Source: Parcubacteria group bacterium (GTDB taxonomy: Bacteria; Patescibacteriota; Patescibacteriia; UBA2169). Taken from it: a stretch of 64,000 nt of DNA. The notes under the pieces are model-generated. The model worked only from the letters and a program-made list of their open reading frames with translations, ran no database searches and was not told the DNA's origin. The DNA lies in contig JACOYR010000001.1 of assembly GCA_016181765.1 (NCBI GenBank), positions 221,414 through 285,413 of the forward strand, read 5' to 3'. Shown in pieces: positions 17,309-27,282 of this stretch; the first letter of the stretch is position 1; each line of letters opens with the position of its first letter. A program made the translations under genes and the position numbers.

Positions 17309-18391
17309 ATGGATCAAAACAATCCCATCATTACGTTCCTCTTGGAGCACAACAAGCGCCAGAGCGAGCTGTTCTGCAGCCCGGATGCGGCGCTCGCGAG
17401 GCGCCAGTACCGCGCAACCCACCCCACGGAAATCGCGGCCTTAAAGTGCATGGACGGACGCCTCAACCTGGCCGTGCAAACCCAGACCCCGCCCGGCATC
17501 ATCCAGCCTTTCCGCAACATCGGCGGCATGTTTGACATCGGCTGGCCGTACTTTGGGGAGATCGCGAGCGGCTGGGTGAACTACGCCATCAGCAAGGGCC
17601 GCTCCGGCGTCATCCTGGTGACGTACCACTACTCCAAAGGGGACGCGCACCGCGGGTGCCGCGGATTTAACTACGACACTGAAGCGGCCAAGGCCTACAC
17701 GCGCGACTTATCAAACCAGATTGAGCGGGTCTTTGGCACAGAGCATAAGGTTATCTACCCGATCCAGGTCGGCATTGAAACCGATGACGAGGCTCTGATA
17801 GTGCACGGAAAAAACGGCGAAACCCTGAACCTGGCCGAAGAGCCGGCCGCAACTGAAGACGCATTGCGGCAGAGGGTGGAAAAGCTGTACCCAGACATGG
17901 GCAAGCAGATGGCTGTTGACATTGTGCCCCTGTTTTTGGGGAACCAGCGCCACATCGCCGCAATCAGAGCCTCTAACCGGCCCGTGGTTAATACCGAGCA
18001 CAGGGAGCAGGTCCTGGTTGTGGGCCGGGGCATGGACTGGCTGCATTTGCCGAACAAGGCCCTGATTGTGGGACCCTACAGCTACAATTTGCGCGAACCC
18101 ATTGTGGCCGCGGCCGGCATCCTGCTGGATAACATAAAAAAAGGCCGCGTCCCGGAACAAGACGGCCTCGTGCTCCTGACTTCAGCCGCGTACCGCGAGG
18201 ACGCGGGCTTTGAAAAACTGCGCGCCATTGAAAAGGCCCGTTCGTTTGCGGACTTTGCCCTGGACGCCATCTACGAAGCCGTGCCCGAGATCAAGCCGCA
18301 CCTGCATCTGCTCGCAAGCATCGTGGATTTGAACACCCGCCTCTTGACCGTAGTTCCGCCGCGCAACCAGGCACCGGGCACTGCGCGCTAA
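17309..18391 (+). CDS. CsoSCA-like (carboxysome-type) beta carbonic anhydrase
   Basis: KCMDGRL and HYSKGDAHRGC metal-ligand motifs; HREQVLVVGRG in the C-terminal domain; TTGACA..AATAAT promoter upstream. Confidence 0.7.
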   Translation: MDQNNPIITFLLEHNKRQSELFCSPDAALARRQYRATHPTEIAALKCMDGRLNLAVQTQTPPGIIQPFRNIGGMFDIGWPYFGEIASGWVNYAISKGRSGVILVTYHYSKGDAHRGCRGFNYDTEAAKAYTRDLSNQIERVFGTEHKVIYPIQVGIETDDEALIVHGKNGETLNLAEEPAATEDALRQRVEKLYPDMGKQMAVDIVPLFLGNQRHIAAIRASNRPVVNTEHREQVLVVGRGMDWLHLPNKALIVGPYSYNLREPIVAAAGILLDNIKKGRVPEQDGLVLLTSAAYREDAGFEKLRAIEKARSFADFALDAIYEAVPEIKPHLHLLASIVDLNTRLLTVVPPRNQAPGTAR

Positions 18392-18484
18392 TATCACCAG
18401 CAGCGTTTTGCGGGCACTGCCCCTAAAACGCTGCCGGTGATATTGTACTTTCCACGTTCCGTGCTTTTGCCTTGGGGAGGGCGC

Positions 18485-19027
18485 ATGCACGCACTATCGG
18501 AAAATGACGTAGCCATTGTTCGTTCGTTGCGGGATGCAGGCGTTCTGCAAGATGTTGAAAGCCACCGGCTGGACCAAAGCAACGGAGTGATACTGGTTAC
18601 CTGCCCGGATGGGGACCACTTCGTTGACATCTTCAGCCACCAGCTACGGATGCAAGAAGGCCAATGCAGCGACCCGCGCATCCACCCGCTCGGCTGGCAC
18701 GGCGGCGCCATCCGCCTGGTTGCGGGTTCGCCAGCCAACAAGCACCCGGGCGAACACCAGATCTTCCTGGAGGAGATCCGGGACGCGCGGGGGCTGAAAG
18801 GCATCAACACTGTTGCCCTCTACAGCCATGCGCAGTGCGGCAAAGCAAGCGCGTGCGGAGTTGACTTCCTGCAGCTGATGATGCTCCACATGCAGGCCAA
18901 AGCCGCCGTCAAAGCCATGAATAGCGGCATTTCCGTTGCGTGCTTCCTGCACGTCACCTATCCCACTGGGACCCGGCGGACGTACTTTGTCTCCCGGCCG
19001 GATTGGGACCGATGGTTCAGCACTTAA
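18485..19027 (+). CDS. Putative small beta-carbonic-anhydrase-like Zn protein
   Basis: VTCPDGD, HGGA, HAQCGKA (CxD...HxxC); GGAGG SD before ATG 18485. Confidence 0.55.
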   Translation: MHALSENDVAIVRSLRDAGVLQDVESHRLDQSNGVILVTCPDGDHFVDIFSHQLRMQEGQCSDPRIHPLGWHGGAIRLVAGSPANKHPGEHQIFLEEIRDARGLKGINTVALYSHAQCGKASACGVDFLQLMMLHMQAKAAVKAMNSGISVACFLHVTYPTGTRRTYFVSRPDWDRWFST

Positions 19028-19055
19028 AGCCCCAATCACACTGCCCTTTCGCCAC

Positions 19056-19097
19056 GAACCACCCGGACATATGGAGGATGTCCGGGGTTCTTTTTTT
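19056..19097 (+). terminator. Terminator after the CA-like genes
   Basis: gaaccacccggacat...atgtccggggttc followed by a T-tract. Confidence 0.7.
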
Positions 19098-19107
19098 ACT
19101 GAAATAG

Positions 19108-20913
19108 TTACCCCATGCCCCGCGCTTTGCGCCTCGCTTCGGTCTCATCCAAAACAATTTTGCGGATGCGGATGTTCTGCGGCGTCACCTCCACCAGCTC
19201 ATCATCCCCGATGTACTGCAAGGCCGCTTCCAAATCCATGATGCGGGGAACCGCAAAGTGCTCGCTCACCCCCTCTCCCTTGCTCCGCATGTTGGAGAGC
19301 TCTTTTGCCTTAGTGGGGTTGACGTGCAAATCACCGCTCCGCGAGTGCTGGCCAATGACCTGGCCCTTGTACACTTGGATCTGCGGCCCCAAGAACAGGG
19401 TGCCGCGCTTCTGGATGTTGGTGAGGCCGTACAAATTCGTTGCCCCGGCTTCCATGGAAACCAAAGAGCCTTGCTCCCGCTCGCGCCAATTTGGAGCATC
19501 TTCCGCGTACTCGTAAAACACACTGTGCATGATGCCCAGGCCCCGCGTGTCCGTGAGGAACTCGCTGCGGTAGCCAAAGAGCCCGCGCGTGGGAATCAAA
19601 AACTCCATGAACGTAACCCCGTTCTCCACTTTCATCTCCTGCATGATGCCGTTGCGCTTGCCCAGCTTTTCAATGACCACTCCGGCGTGCTCCTCCGGCA
19701 CCTCTACGGTCGCCCACTCGTACGGCACCAATGTTTTGCCGTGTTCCTGGTGCGTAATCACCTGGGGACGGCCCACCTGCAGTTCATACCCTTCGCGGCG
19801 CAGGCGCTCAATCAAAATAGCCAAATGCAGCTCGCCGCGGCCGGATACCACCCAGGTGCCGTCGTCCGCATCTTCCACGCGCAACGCCATGTCGGTCTGC
19901 AGTTCCTTGTACAAGCGCTCGCGCACCTGGCGCGAGGTGGTGTAGTCCCCCTCCTTGCCTGCCATGGGAGAATTGTTCACCAGAAACTGCATTTTCACGG
20001 TTGGCTGGTCCACGTCCAAGAGCGGCAGGGCAACCGGATTTTCGGTATCCGCGATGGTTTCGCCAATGGTGATGTCCGGAATGCCGGCAATTGCCACAAT
20101 GTCACCTGCTTCCGCTGATTCAGTTTCGGCCTTGTCCAAGCCGATGAATGTCATGAGTGATGTCAGGCGCGCTTTTGCCTGCTCTCTGGCGCGGTTGATG
20201 TGCACAATCTCCTGCCCGGCTTTCACGGTCCCGTTGTAAATGCGCGCAACCCCGATCTTACCCTTAAAGCTATCTTGGCTAAGGGATGTGATGAGCATCT
20301 GCAACGGCTTTGCCGGATCTCCGGATGGAGCCGGAATCTTGCTCAAAATGGTTTCAAACAATGGGGTGATATCCGCCATCTTAGAGAGGTCCGCTTCCAT
20401 GCCCGCCTTGCCCTGCTTTGCTGATGCGAACACAATCGGGAAATCAAGCAGAGTATCATCCGCACCCAGCTCCACGAACAAATCAAAGGTCTTGTTCACG
20501 GCCTGGTCCGGGTTTGCGCCGGTCTTATCAATTTTGTTGATGACCACAATAATGCGCAACCCCAATGAGAGCGCCTTCTTGAGCACAAACCGCGTCTGCG
20601 GCATGGGGCCTTCCTTGGCATCCACCAAGAGCAAACAGCCGTCTGCCATGGAAAGCACGCGCTCCACCTCGCCCCCGAAATCCGCGTGCCCGGGCGTGTC
20701 TATGATGTTGATCTTGGTGTCGTGCCACACCACGGACGCATTCTTGGAAAAAATCGTAATCCCCCGCTCCCGCTCCAAATCATTGGAATCCATGATCAAT
20801 TCCGAGGCAACGTCTTTGGCGAGCTTGGTATGCGCCTGGCGCAATAAAGCATCCACCAAAGTGGTTTTGCCGTGGTCTACGTGGGCGATAATGGCGATGT
20901 TGCGGAGGTTCAT
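19108..20913 (-). CDS. typA: Translational GTPase TypA/BipA
   Basis: [46 protein letters not shown]. Confidence 0.96.
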   Translation of the reverse strand: MNLRNIAIIAHVDHGKTTLVDALLRQAHTKLAKDVASELIMDSNDLERERGITIFSKNASVVWHDTKINIIDTPGHADFGGEVERVLSMADGCLLLVDAKEGPMPQTRFVLKKALSLGLRIIVVINKIDKTGANPDQAVNKTFDLFVELGADDTLLDFPIVFASAKQGKAGMEADLSKMADITPLFETILSKIPAPSGDPAKPLQMLITSLSQDSFKGKIGVARIYNGTVKAGQEIVHINRAREQAKARLTSLMTFIGLDKAETESAEAGDIVAIAGIPDITIGETIADTENPVALPLLDVDQPTVKMQFLVNNSPMAGKEGDYTTSRQVRERLYKELQTDMALRVEDADDGTWVVSGRGELHLAILIERLRREGYELQVGRPQVITHQEHGKTLVPYEWATVEVPEEHAGVVIEKLGKRNGIMQEMKVENGVTFMEFLIPTRGLFGYRSEFLTDTRGLGIMHSVFYEYAEDAPNWREREQGSLVSMEAGATNLYGLTNIQKRGTLFLGPQIQVYKGQVIGQHSRSGDLHVNPTKAKELSNMRSKGEGVSEHFAVPRIMDLEAALQYIGDDELVEVTPQNIRIRKIVLDETEARRKARGMG

Positions 20914-20936
20914 ATAAAAAACCGCTAATGAACTAT

Positions 20937-22250
20937 TTACCGGCCAAAGCGCCGTCCGCCGCGGGATGGCGAGTCGGAGCGCGAGCGGGATCGTCCGCGG
21001 CTGAACCCGCGGCTTACGCCGGAAGGCCGGGGCGAACGCGGACGTGCGAACCTGCGCCCGCCTCCTTCATCATCATTCCTGCCGCCCAGATACACGGCGC
21101 GGATCACTGCATCGCTCTGGCGAGGCAGCGCGGGAAGCGCCAAGATGGGAATGGTTTTCTTGATGAGGCGCTCAATCTGCTTGATATCCCCGCGCTGGTC
21201 CGGGGTTGCGAACGAAATCGCTTTCCCGGTTAAGCCGGCGCGGCCCGTGCGGCCGATGCGGTGCACATAGTCCTCCGCGTTCTGCGGAAGGTCAAAATTG
21301 ACGACCAAGGAAATGCCGGTCACGTCTATGCCGCGGGCCGCAATGTCGGTTGCGATGAGCACGCGGTATGTGCCGGACTTAAACCCTGCCATGGCATCCT
21401 TGCGCTGGGCAAGGGAACGGTTGGAGTGTATTTCCGCAACCGTGTGGCCCATGGCGTGCACCACGCGCGTAATCTTTTTGGCGCCGTACTTGGTGCGCGT
21501 AAACACGAGCACCGTGCCCGGGTTTTCCGTAAGAATCTTTTCCAAAAGCGGAAGCTTTGCCTGCTTATCAAGCACAAACACTTCCTGCAGAACGCCCTCG
21601 GCTGCGGTCCCCTGGGGCGCGACTTCAATGCGCAGAGGCATGTGCATGAACTGCGAGGCAAGGCTTGCGATTTGCGGAGGCATGGTCGCGGAGAACATCA
21701 AGGTCTGGCGCTGCTGCGGGCACGCCGCGAGAATGCGCTTGATGGCCGGGAAAAACCCGATGTCAAACATGCGGTCAGCCTCATCAAGCACCACAATGCT
21801 GATGCGGTTGAGATTGATTGCCTTCTGCTCCATGTGGTCCATCAAACGGCCCGGTGTCGCAATGATGACGTGCGGATTGCGCTTAAGGTCCCGAATCTGC
21901 ATGTTTGCCGAAGCCCCGCCAATGATGACCGCGGTTTTAAGGCCCAGGGAAACGCCGATTTTATGGAGCGTCTCATCCACTTGGATGGCGAGCTCGCGCG
22001 TGGGAATCAAAATCAGGGCCTGGCCTTTTTCCTCGGCAAGCCGCTGGAGCATGGGCACGCCGAACGCCAAGGTCTTGCCGGTCCCGGTCTGCGCGATGCC
22101 CACCACGTCTTTTCCGGCGATTGCGTGCGGAATGCACTGGTGCTGGATGGGGGTTGGGGTGATGAATTTTTTGCTCGCGAGAATCGCAAGCAGTTTTGGG
22201 GCAATCCCCAGGTTGTTGAACGAGAGTTCAACAGTGTCGTGTTGTGTCAT
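20937..22250 (-). CDS. DEAD-box RNA helicase
   Basis: AQTGTGKT, PTRELA, DEAD, SAT, HRIGRTGR; RS/RG-rich tail. Confidence 0.95.
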   Translation of the reverse strand: MTQHDTVELSFNNLGIAPKLLAILASKKFITPTPIQHQCIPHAIAGKDVVGIAQTGTGKTLAFGVPMLQRLAEEKGQALILIPTRELAIQVDETLHKIGVSLGLKTAVIIGGASANMQIRDLKRNPHVIIATPGRLMDHMEQKAINLNRISIVVLDEADRMFDIGFFPAIKRILAACPQQRQTLMFSATMPPQIASLASQFMHMPLRIEVAPQGTAAEGVLQEVFVLDKQAKLPLLEKILTENPGTVLVFTRTKYGAKKITRVVHAMGHTVAEIHSNRSLAQRKDAMAGFKSGTYRVLIATDIAARGIDVTGISLVVNFDLPQNAEDYVHRIGRTGRAGLTGKAISFATPDQRGDIKQIERLIKKTIPILALPALPRQSDAVIRAVYLGGRNDDEGGGRRFARPRSPRPSGVSRGFSRGRSRSRSDSPSRGGRRFGR

Positions 22251-22413
22251 AACTGAATTAAGTGACCCGATGAATCTGGTGGTCACTTATGGTATGACAC
22301 AAAAGAGTTCGAGTCTGTTTATGCCTAAAAGCGGCATAAACGTTGATTAAGTACCTATGATAGCACGAAAAATACGGCGTGTCAAGCCTGCTGACCCAAT
22401 TCGTGCATCAAAG

Positions 22414-23838
22414 TCATTGCCCGGCCCGGTACACAAGATCCGAAACCGTGAACTCGTACCACGGCTTTTCCGCAACAATCCCGCGGTTCTCTTCAAGCCA
22501 TTCACCCCACTCCTCAAATCGCGGGTCATCACTGCGCTCTTCAACGTAGCCCAGCACGTCCGTGGAGAGCATTTTCAGTTCCGGGAGCGCTATGCGCGAA
22601 TCAAGACGCTGCGCGAGGGAAACGTTCGCGCGCATAATAAACTGCTCAACCGGGAACAGGCACAATGCGGCATACATCCAGAGGAACAGGAATGCCGCAA
22701 ACTTCACCAAATCGCGCCGCTTGCTGCCGAAAAACTGGAACACGAGCCACCCGAACAAAATAATTGAGAAGAGCACGGTGTATGCCGCGAAAAACTTCTC
22801 ATAGCTGAATCCATAGAGCGTTACATACAGCGCCATGCGCCATGCCGCGGAAAACACCAAAAGCAAGGATGCAATGGCAAACGCCGCGAGCAAGCGCTGG
22901 ACCAACGTGTTCGTTCTTGCGTATGTGGCCAGGAAAATAAGGGCGTTGATGATTGAGAGGGCAAGCAACTGCCAGAACCCGCTCTTGACGAGGATTTCGG
23001 TTTCTGAAAAATCAATGGGCAGCTCGGAAACCCACAAGCGCTTAATCTGGATGATGAGGAACAGCGCGTACACCAGGAATATGCCCCCAACCACAATGCC
23101 CGACACAATCGCGTCAACGCGCTTGTTTTCATGCGATTCGCGCACCTCGGGCCGTGAGCGCCATGCAAGCCCGAGCGCCAGAGAGAACAATGCGATGACC
23201 ACGCCAACCACCACGCGCCACAGCGTTTCAATTTCAGCCAAGCGGCCCAGGAAATCAAGCAACGGCTTGACCAGGGCTTTGAATTGCGGGTCAGCGCTGG
23301 AAAGCAGGGGCAGTATCACCATAACCACAATCACTAATAAAAGTATAACGCCCGCAATTGCGCGGCGAGCCGTGTTTGAGCTTCCCTTGCCGAACAACAC
23401 CCGGCTGTACTCGCGGATTGCGGCTCCCAGGGTCCCGAGCCACGCAAACGCGCGCCCCGCGAATGTTTGCGCAAATCCCCATCCCCATCTCGCGGCACGG
23501 TCCCCGAGCAGGGCATACGTCACAAAAACCACGAACAGCAACGGGGCAACGGGAATGGTAATCGCCTTAATGATTGGGCTTCCGTAGAGCGCATAACTTA
23601 CGGCAATGGCGACAAACGGAACAAGCCATGTCCACTGTTGCTTGCTCCACATCGGGCGCTCGGCCGGAAAAACGTTTCCCAAAGGCCCGAGCAGGAGCGC
23701 CAAAAAAACCGCGGCATTCATGCCCAAGGCAGAGGGGCCGCGTTCAAAAAATCCCCACAAAAATACCACCCAAAAGACTGCCAGGCAAATGCTCCATACG
23801 AGGAGCGGTTGTGCGCGTTCGGTGAGTGTGAATTGCAT
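22414..23838 (-). CDS. DUF4153/DUF4173-like membrane protein
   Basis: LPLLSSADPQF, KSGFWQL, RMALYV..YGF motifs; many TM helices. Confidence 0.7.
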   Translation of the reverse strand: MQFTLTERAQPLLVWSICLAVFWVVFLWGFFERGPSALGMNAAVFLALLLGPLGNVFPAERPMWSKQQWTWLVPFVAIAVSYALYGSPIIKAITIPVAPLLFVVFVTYALLGDRAARWGWGFAQTFAGRAFAWLGTLGAAIREYSRVLFGKGSSNTARRAIAGVILLLVIVVMVILPLLSSADPQFKALVKPLLDFLGRLAEIETLWRVVVGVVIALFSLALGLAWRSRPEVRESHENKRVDAIVSGIVVGGIFLVYALFLIIQIKRLWVSELPIDFSETEILVKSGFWQLLALSIINALIFLATYARTNTLVQRLLAAFAIASLLLVFSAAWRMALYVTLYGFSYEKFFAAYTVLFSIILFGWLVFQFFGSKRRDLVKFAAFLFLWMYAALCLFPVEQFIMRANVSLAQRLDSRIALPELKMLSTDVLGYVEERSDDPRFEEWGEWLEENRGIVAEKPWYEFTVSDLVYRAGQ

Positions 23839-23867
23839 ATGATTTGTTTGTTAGAAGCCTGCTCAAC

Positions 23868-23941
23868 TGGCAGGGGCGGTAGGAATCGAACCTACGATAT
23901 CGGTTTTGGAGACCGAAGTTATACCATTTAACTACGCCCCC
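23868..23941 (-). tRNA. tRNA-Trp (CCA)
   Basis: Cloverleaf with anticodon loop CTCCAAA, GTTCGATTC T-arm, 3' CCA. Confidence 0.93.
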
Positions 23942-23980
23942 TCGTCAGAGCCGGCGGGTCGGCCCAAGAAAAAACTTGCT

Positions 23981-24358
23981 CTAGTATTGGTCGGCCTGTT
24001 TTTTAAGTTCCATTTCAATCACCCGCTTGAGCTCCGGAAACTTTTCAAAGAGGTATTTGAACCGGTCAAGAGTTTCCCCGGTTGCCTCATTGAAGAGCGG
24101 CGTCCCGCCCGCATAGAACGTGCCTTGCGCGTCCCCGAACTCGTTGAGTCTGTTTGAGGAAAGCCACTCATCAACCGCGGCTTTCTGCTCTTGGGTCAAA
24201 TTGCGGGTAAACCCCTCCCCGGATTCGCGGATAATGCGGAAGCCGGAATCAGCGGCCCGGAAAAGCGTGTTTTTTGCATTCGTAACCAGAAACTCGGAGC
24301 AGCCTACGCCCAAGAGCGGAATGGCCGCAAGCAGGATAAGGAGCCTCATGCGGGGCAT
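23981..24358 (-). CDS. Small lipoprotein of unknown function
   Basis: LLGVG-C lipobox; LNEFGD..GTFYAGGTPLFNEATGE segment. Confidence 0.7.
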   Translation of the reverse strand: MPRMRLLILLAAIPLLGVGCSEFLVTNAKNTLFRAADSGFRIIRESGEGFTRNLTQEQKAAVDEWLSSNRLNEFGDAQGTFYAGGTPLFNEATGETLDRFKYLFEKFPELKRVIEMELKKQADQY

Positions 24359-24360
24359 AC

Positions 24361-24516
24361 CTACTTGGTCTCCTTGTGCAGGGTGTGCTTTTTGCACCAC
24401 TTGCAGAACTTCTTGAGCTCAAGCCGGTTGGTGAGCTTTTTCTTGTTCTTCTGGGTGTCGGCCGTGACGCGCTTGCAGACCGTGCACTCAAGCCGGGCCA
24501 ATCGTTCTTGGGACAT
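24361..24516 (-). CDS. rpmG: 50S ribosomal protein L33, Zn-binding form (absent from the ORF track)
   Basis: [51 protein letters not shown]. Confidence 0.95.
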   Translation of the reverse strand: MSQERLARLECTVCKRVTADTQKNKKKLTNRLELKKFCKWCKKHTLHKETK

Positions 24517-24551
24517 AGAGGTAGTGTTAGTGATTGAAAGTAAAGCCGGGC

Positions 24552-24628
24552 TGGAGCCACCCGTCGGATTCGAACCGACGACCTACTGTTTACAAAACAG
24601 TTGCTCTAACCAGCTGAGCTAGGGTGGC
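24552..24628 (-). tRNA. tRNA-Thr (TGT)
   Basis: GCCACCCTAGCTCAG...TTTGTAA...GTTCGAATC...GGTGGCTCCA. Confidence 0.93.
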
Positions 24629-24704
24629 TCGGTATGGGTGGCTGGATACTTAATCATACTACCCAAAAATCGCCAAAAAGTCAACTAAATGGTACACTCA
24701 AGCC

Positions 24705-25901
24705 ATGGCAAGCAAAAAACAAAGCATCGTGATTCTGGGAGCCGGGTTTGGGGGCGTGTATGTGCACAAACGCCTGCAAAGCGCATTCCGAAAGGATCGG
24801 GATATATCCATGACCGTCATCAATGAACGCGATTGCTTCCTGTTCACGCCGCTCTTGCACGAGGTCGCAACCGGAGGCCAAAGGCAGGAGAATATTATTG
24901 AGCCCCTGTACCGCGCACTGGGCTCTGGCACTCTCTTCCGCATAACCCGCGCCACCAGGGTTGATCCGGCTCGCGGCATAGTCGCGACTGCAGGCGGGGA
25001 CATCCCCTACGACTATCTGGCGCTCGCAACCGGCTCTCGCGCGAACTTTTTTGGAATTCCCGGAGCGCAAGAGCACTGCTTTGCGCTCAAATCTCTGGAA
25101 GACGCTGTACGGCTCAAGAACTTTGTAACCGATAGTGCGAAAAGGCCGGGCGCCCTGGGCTTTGTGGTGGTGGGCGGAGGCGCCACCGGAGTTGAGCTTT
25201 CCGCGGAGCTGGTTGAATTTACGCGCAATGCGCTCCGCAGAAAAGACACAGCCGTGACGCTGGTGGAGCTGGGCACGGATCTGATTCCGCAATTTGGCAG
25301 CCGCCTCCGAAAAGAAGCGCTCAAGGTCCTGCGCAAAAAAGGCATTGACGTGCGGCTCGGGACCGGAGTCGCCAGCGTGTCCGCTGATTCAGCCGCCCTT
25401 ACTAACGGAGAGCGCATCCCAGCCAATGCCGTGATCTGGACCGCGGGCGTTTCTCCAAACGCCATTCCGTTTGCCGGCAACGTTGCGCTCGCCAAAAACG
25501 GGGCATACGCGGTAAATGAGTATCTGCAGCTGGCCAACTACAAAAATATCTTTGCCCTCGGAGATGTTGCGTCTTTCACCAATCCGGGTGAAATAAAGCC
25601 CGTGCCCCAGCACGCGCAAACCGCGGTCGCAGAAGCCACGTGCGTTGCGGAAAATATTATCCGCTCAATTAAAAAACAGCCGCTCAAGGCGTTCCGCTAC
25701 CATCACACGGGAGATTTGGTTTCCCTGGGCAGGTGGCGCGCGGTCGGCGAGATTGCGGGCATTGCATTGAGCGGGCGCTTTGCCTGGTGGCTGTGGCGCA
25801 CCGTGTACCTCGGAAAGCTCCTCACGTGGCGCAAGCGGGTGGCTGTGGCAATTGACTGGACCATCCAGCTCTTTATGCGGCGCGACACCGGAAAGCTCTG
25901 A
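24705..25901 (+). CDS. ndh: Type II NADH dehydrogenase-family FAD oxidoreductase
   Basis: GAGFGG, FTPLLHEVATG, GGGATGVE, IWTAGV, FALGD, GRFAWWLWRTVYL. Confidence 0.85.
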   Translation: MASKKQSIVILGAGFGGVYVHKRLQSAFRKDRDISMTVINERDCFLFTPLLHEVATGGQRQENIIEPLYRALGSGTLFRITRATRVDPARGIVATAGGDIPYDYLALATGSRANFFGIPGAQEHCFALKSLEDAVRLKNFVTDSAKRPGALGFVVVGGGATGVELSAELVEFTRNALRRKDTAVTLVELGTDLIPQFGSRLRKEALKVLRKKGIDVRLGTGVASVSADSAALTNGERIPANAVIWTAGVSPNAIPFAGNVALAKNGAYAVNEYLQLANYKNIFALGDVASFTNPGEIKPVPQHAQTAVAEATCVAENIIRSIKKQPLKAFRYHHTGDLVSLGRWRAVGEIAGIALSGRFAWWLWRTVYLGKLLTWRKRVAVAIDWTIQLFMRRDTGKL

Positions 25902-25963
25902 TGAAAAAAAGATAGAGCCCGCTCCACAGTGTGGGCGGGCTCCGCGTCCGGACAGGCTCTGTC

Positions 25964-26155
25964 CTAGACGATTGCGCGCAGTTGCTCCTGGACCCCATCC
26001 ATCTTCCGCCTCTGGGCGGCCAATGCCTGCTGGAATCCGCGCACATCATCCCCGCGTGCTTGCCGCTCGGCTATCTTCCGCTGAAGCAGCAAAACGTCCT
26101 CCGTAACAGTGTTGAGCTGTTCCGCAAGGCCAGCCTGCGCATCGCTAAGGTGCAT
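25964..26155 (-). CDS. 63-aa coiled-coil hypothetical protein
   Basis: GGAG SD upstream; helical-hairpin-like sequence; hairpin downstream at 25915-25941. Confidence 0.5.
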   Translation of the reverse strand: MHLSDAQAGLAEQLNTVTEDVLLLQRKIAERQARGDDVRGFQQALAAQRRKMDGVQEQLRAIV

Positions 26156-26416
26156 ACCACATCTCCCCATGGTGTGGCGTGGAATGAACTCAAAGACCCC
26201 GGTTGCGCCGAGGTCTTTGTGTGGAATGATTGAACGAATCAAAAACCTCGGGCTATTGCCTGTTAACGGAAAAGAGGTTAAGATTCTTAATTCGTGCAAC
26301 CATCATATAAAACACCATAGCATATCCCGCGATTTTCCGCAATGTGAGTTTTGCACAGAGTGCACGATGCTTGCTAAAATGCCTTTATTTTGGTATTATT
26401 CCATTCGTGCTGATGC

Positions 26417-26503
26417 GGGTCGGTAGCGAAGCGGTCAAACGCGTCTGACTGTAAATCAGATGGCCTCGTGCCTTCGGGGGTTCGAATCCCTCCCGGCCCA
26501 CCA
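26417..26503 (+). tRNA. tRNA-Tyr (GTA)
   Basis: Anticodon loop CTGTAAA, long variable arm, GTTCGAATC, 3' CCA. Confidence 0.93.
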
Positions 26504-26532
26504 AAAATATCCGCCTTGAGGCGGATATTTTT
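26504..26532. terminator. Bidirectional terminator (tRNA-Tyr / nth)
   Basis: aaaatatccgcc-ttga-ggcggatatttt. Confidence 0.75.
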
Positions 26533-26533
26533 G

Positions 26534-27202
26534 TTACCTCGCCCGCGGCCAGGTATGCGCGGCTTTGGGATATAGTTTTGACAAGGGATGATTCACACAC
26601 TCATGGCGATGCGCTGGGCAGATTTGGCGGCCGTATTCTATCACGCGGTAGGTCCAGTTGAACCACTCTTTCTTCGGCAGAATCTCCATCAAATCCTGTT
26701 CTATCTTTTTGGGATCCCGCGAATCCGTCAAATCAAATTTTAACGCAAACCTGCGCACGTGCGTATCAACCGCAATCCCTTCCACATGATGGAACGCATT
26801 GCCCAGGATGACGTTCGCGGTCTTGCGCGCCACACCCGGCAGCTTCAAAAGCTCTTCCATGGCGCCGGGCACGCGGCCATTGAAATCTTTTTTGACCATG
26901 CGGCTGACCGCCAAAATGTTCTTTGCTTTATTGCGGAAAAATCCAGTTGATTTAATGTCCCGCTCAAATTCATGCAAATCAGCAGCCACATAGTCATCAA
27001 GCTTTTTGTACTTCTTAAATAAATCTTTGGTGACGAGGTTCACGCGCTTGTCCGTGCACTGCGCAGATAACACGACTGCAACCAAAAGCTCCCAGGTGGT
27101 GCGGTAGGCAAGCGCGATTCGCGCTCTGGGGAACAGCTTTTTCAGAGTAGCTGACATTTTTTGTGCGCGCCTGGTGCGTTCTGATAATTTTTGGGCTTCC
27201 AT
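26534..27202 (-). CDS. nth: Endonuclease III
   Basis: LLVAVVLSAQCTDKRVN, LPGVARKTANV, IAVDTHV; Fe-S Cys motif reduced. Confidence 0.93.
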   Translation of the reverse strand: MEAQKLSERTRRAQKMSATLKKLFPRARIALAYRTTWELLVAVVLSAQCTDKRVNLVTKDLFKKYKKLDDYVAADLHEFERDIKSTGFFRNKAKNILAVSRMVKKDFNGRVPGAMEELLKLPGVARKTANVILGNAFHHVEGIAVDTHVRRFALKFDLTDSRDPKKIEQDLMEILPKKEWFNWTYRVIEYGRQICPAHRHECVNHPLSKLYPKAAHTWPRAR

Positions 27203-27282
27203 AACCACAGCATACCATTCCGCCCCTTAACATACAAAAGACCCGCCAGGCGGGCCTTTTGCGTACCAGAGAATCTTAAAAA

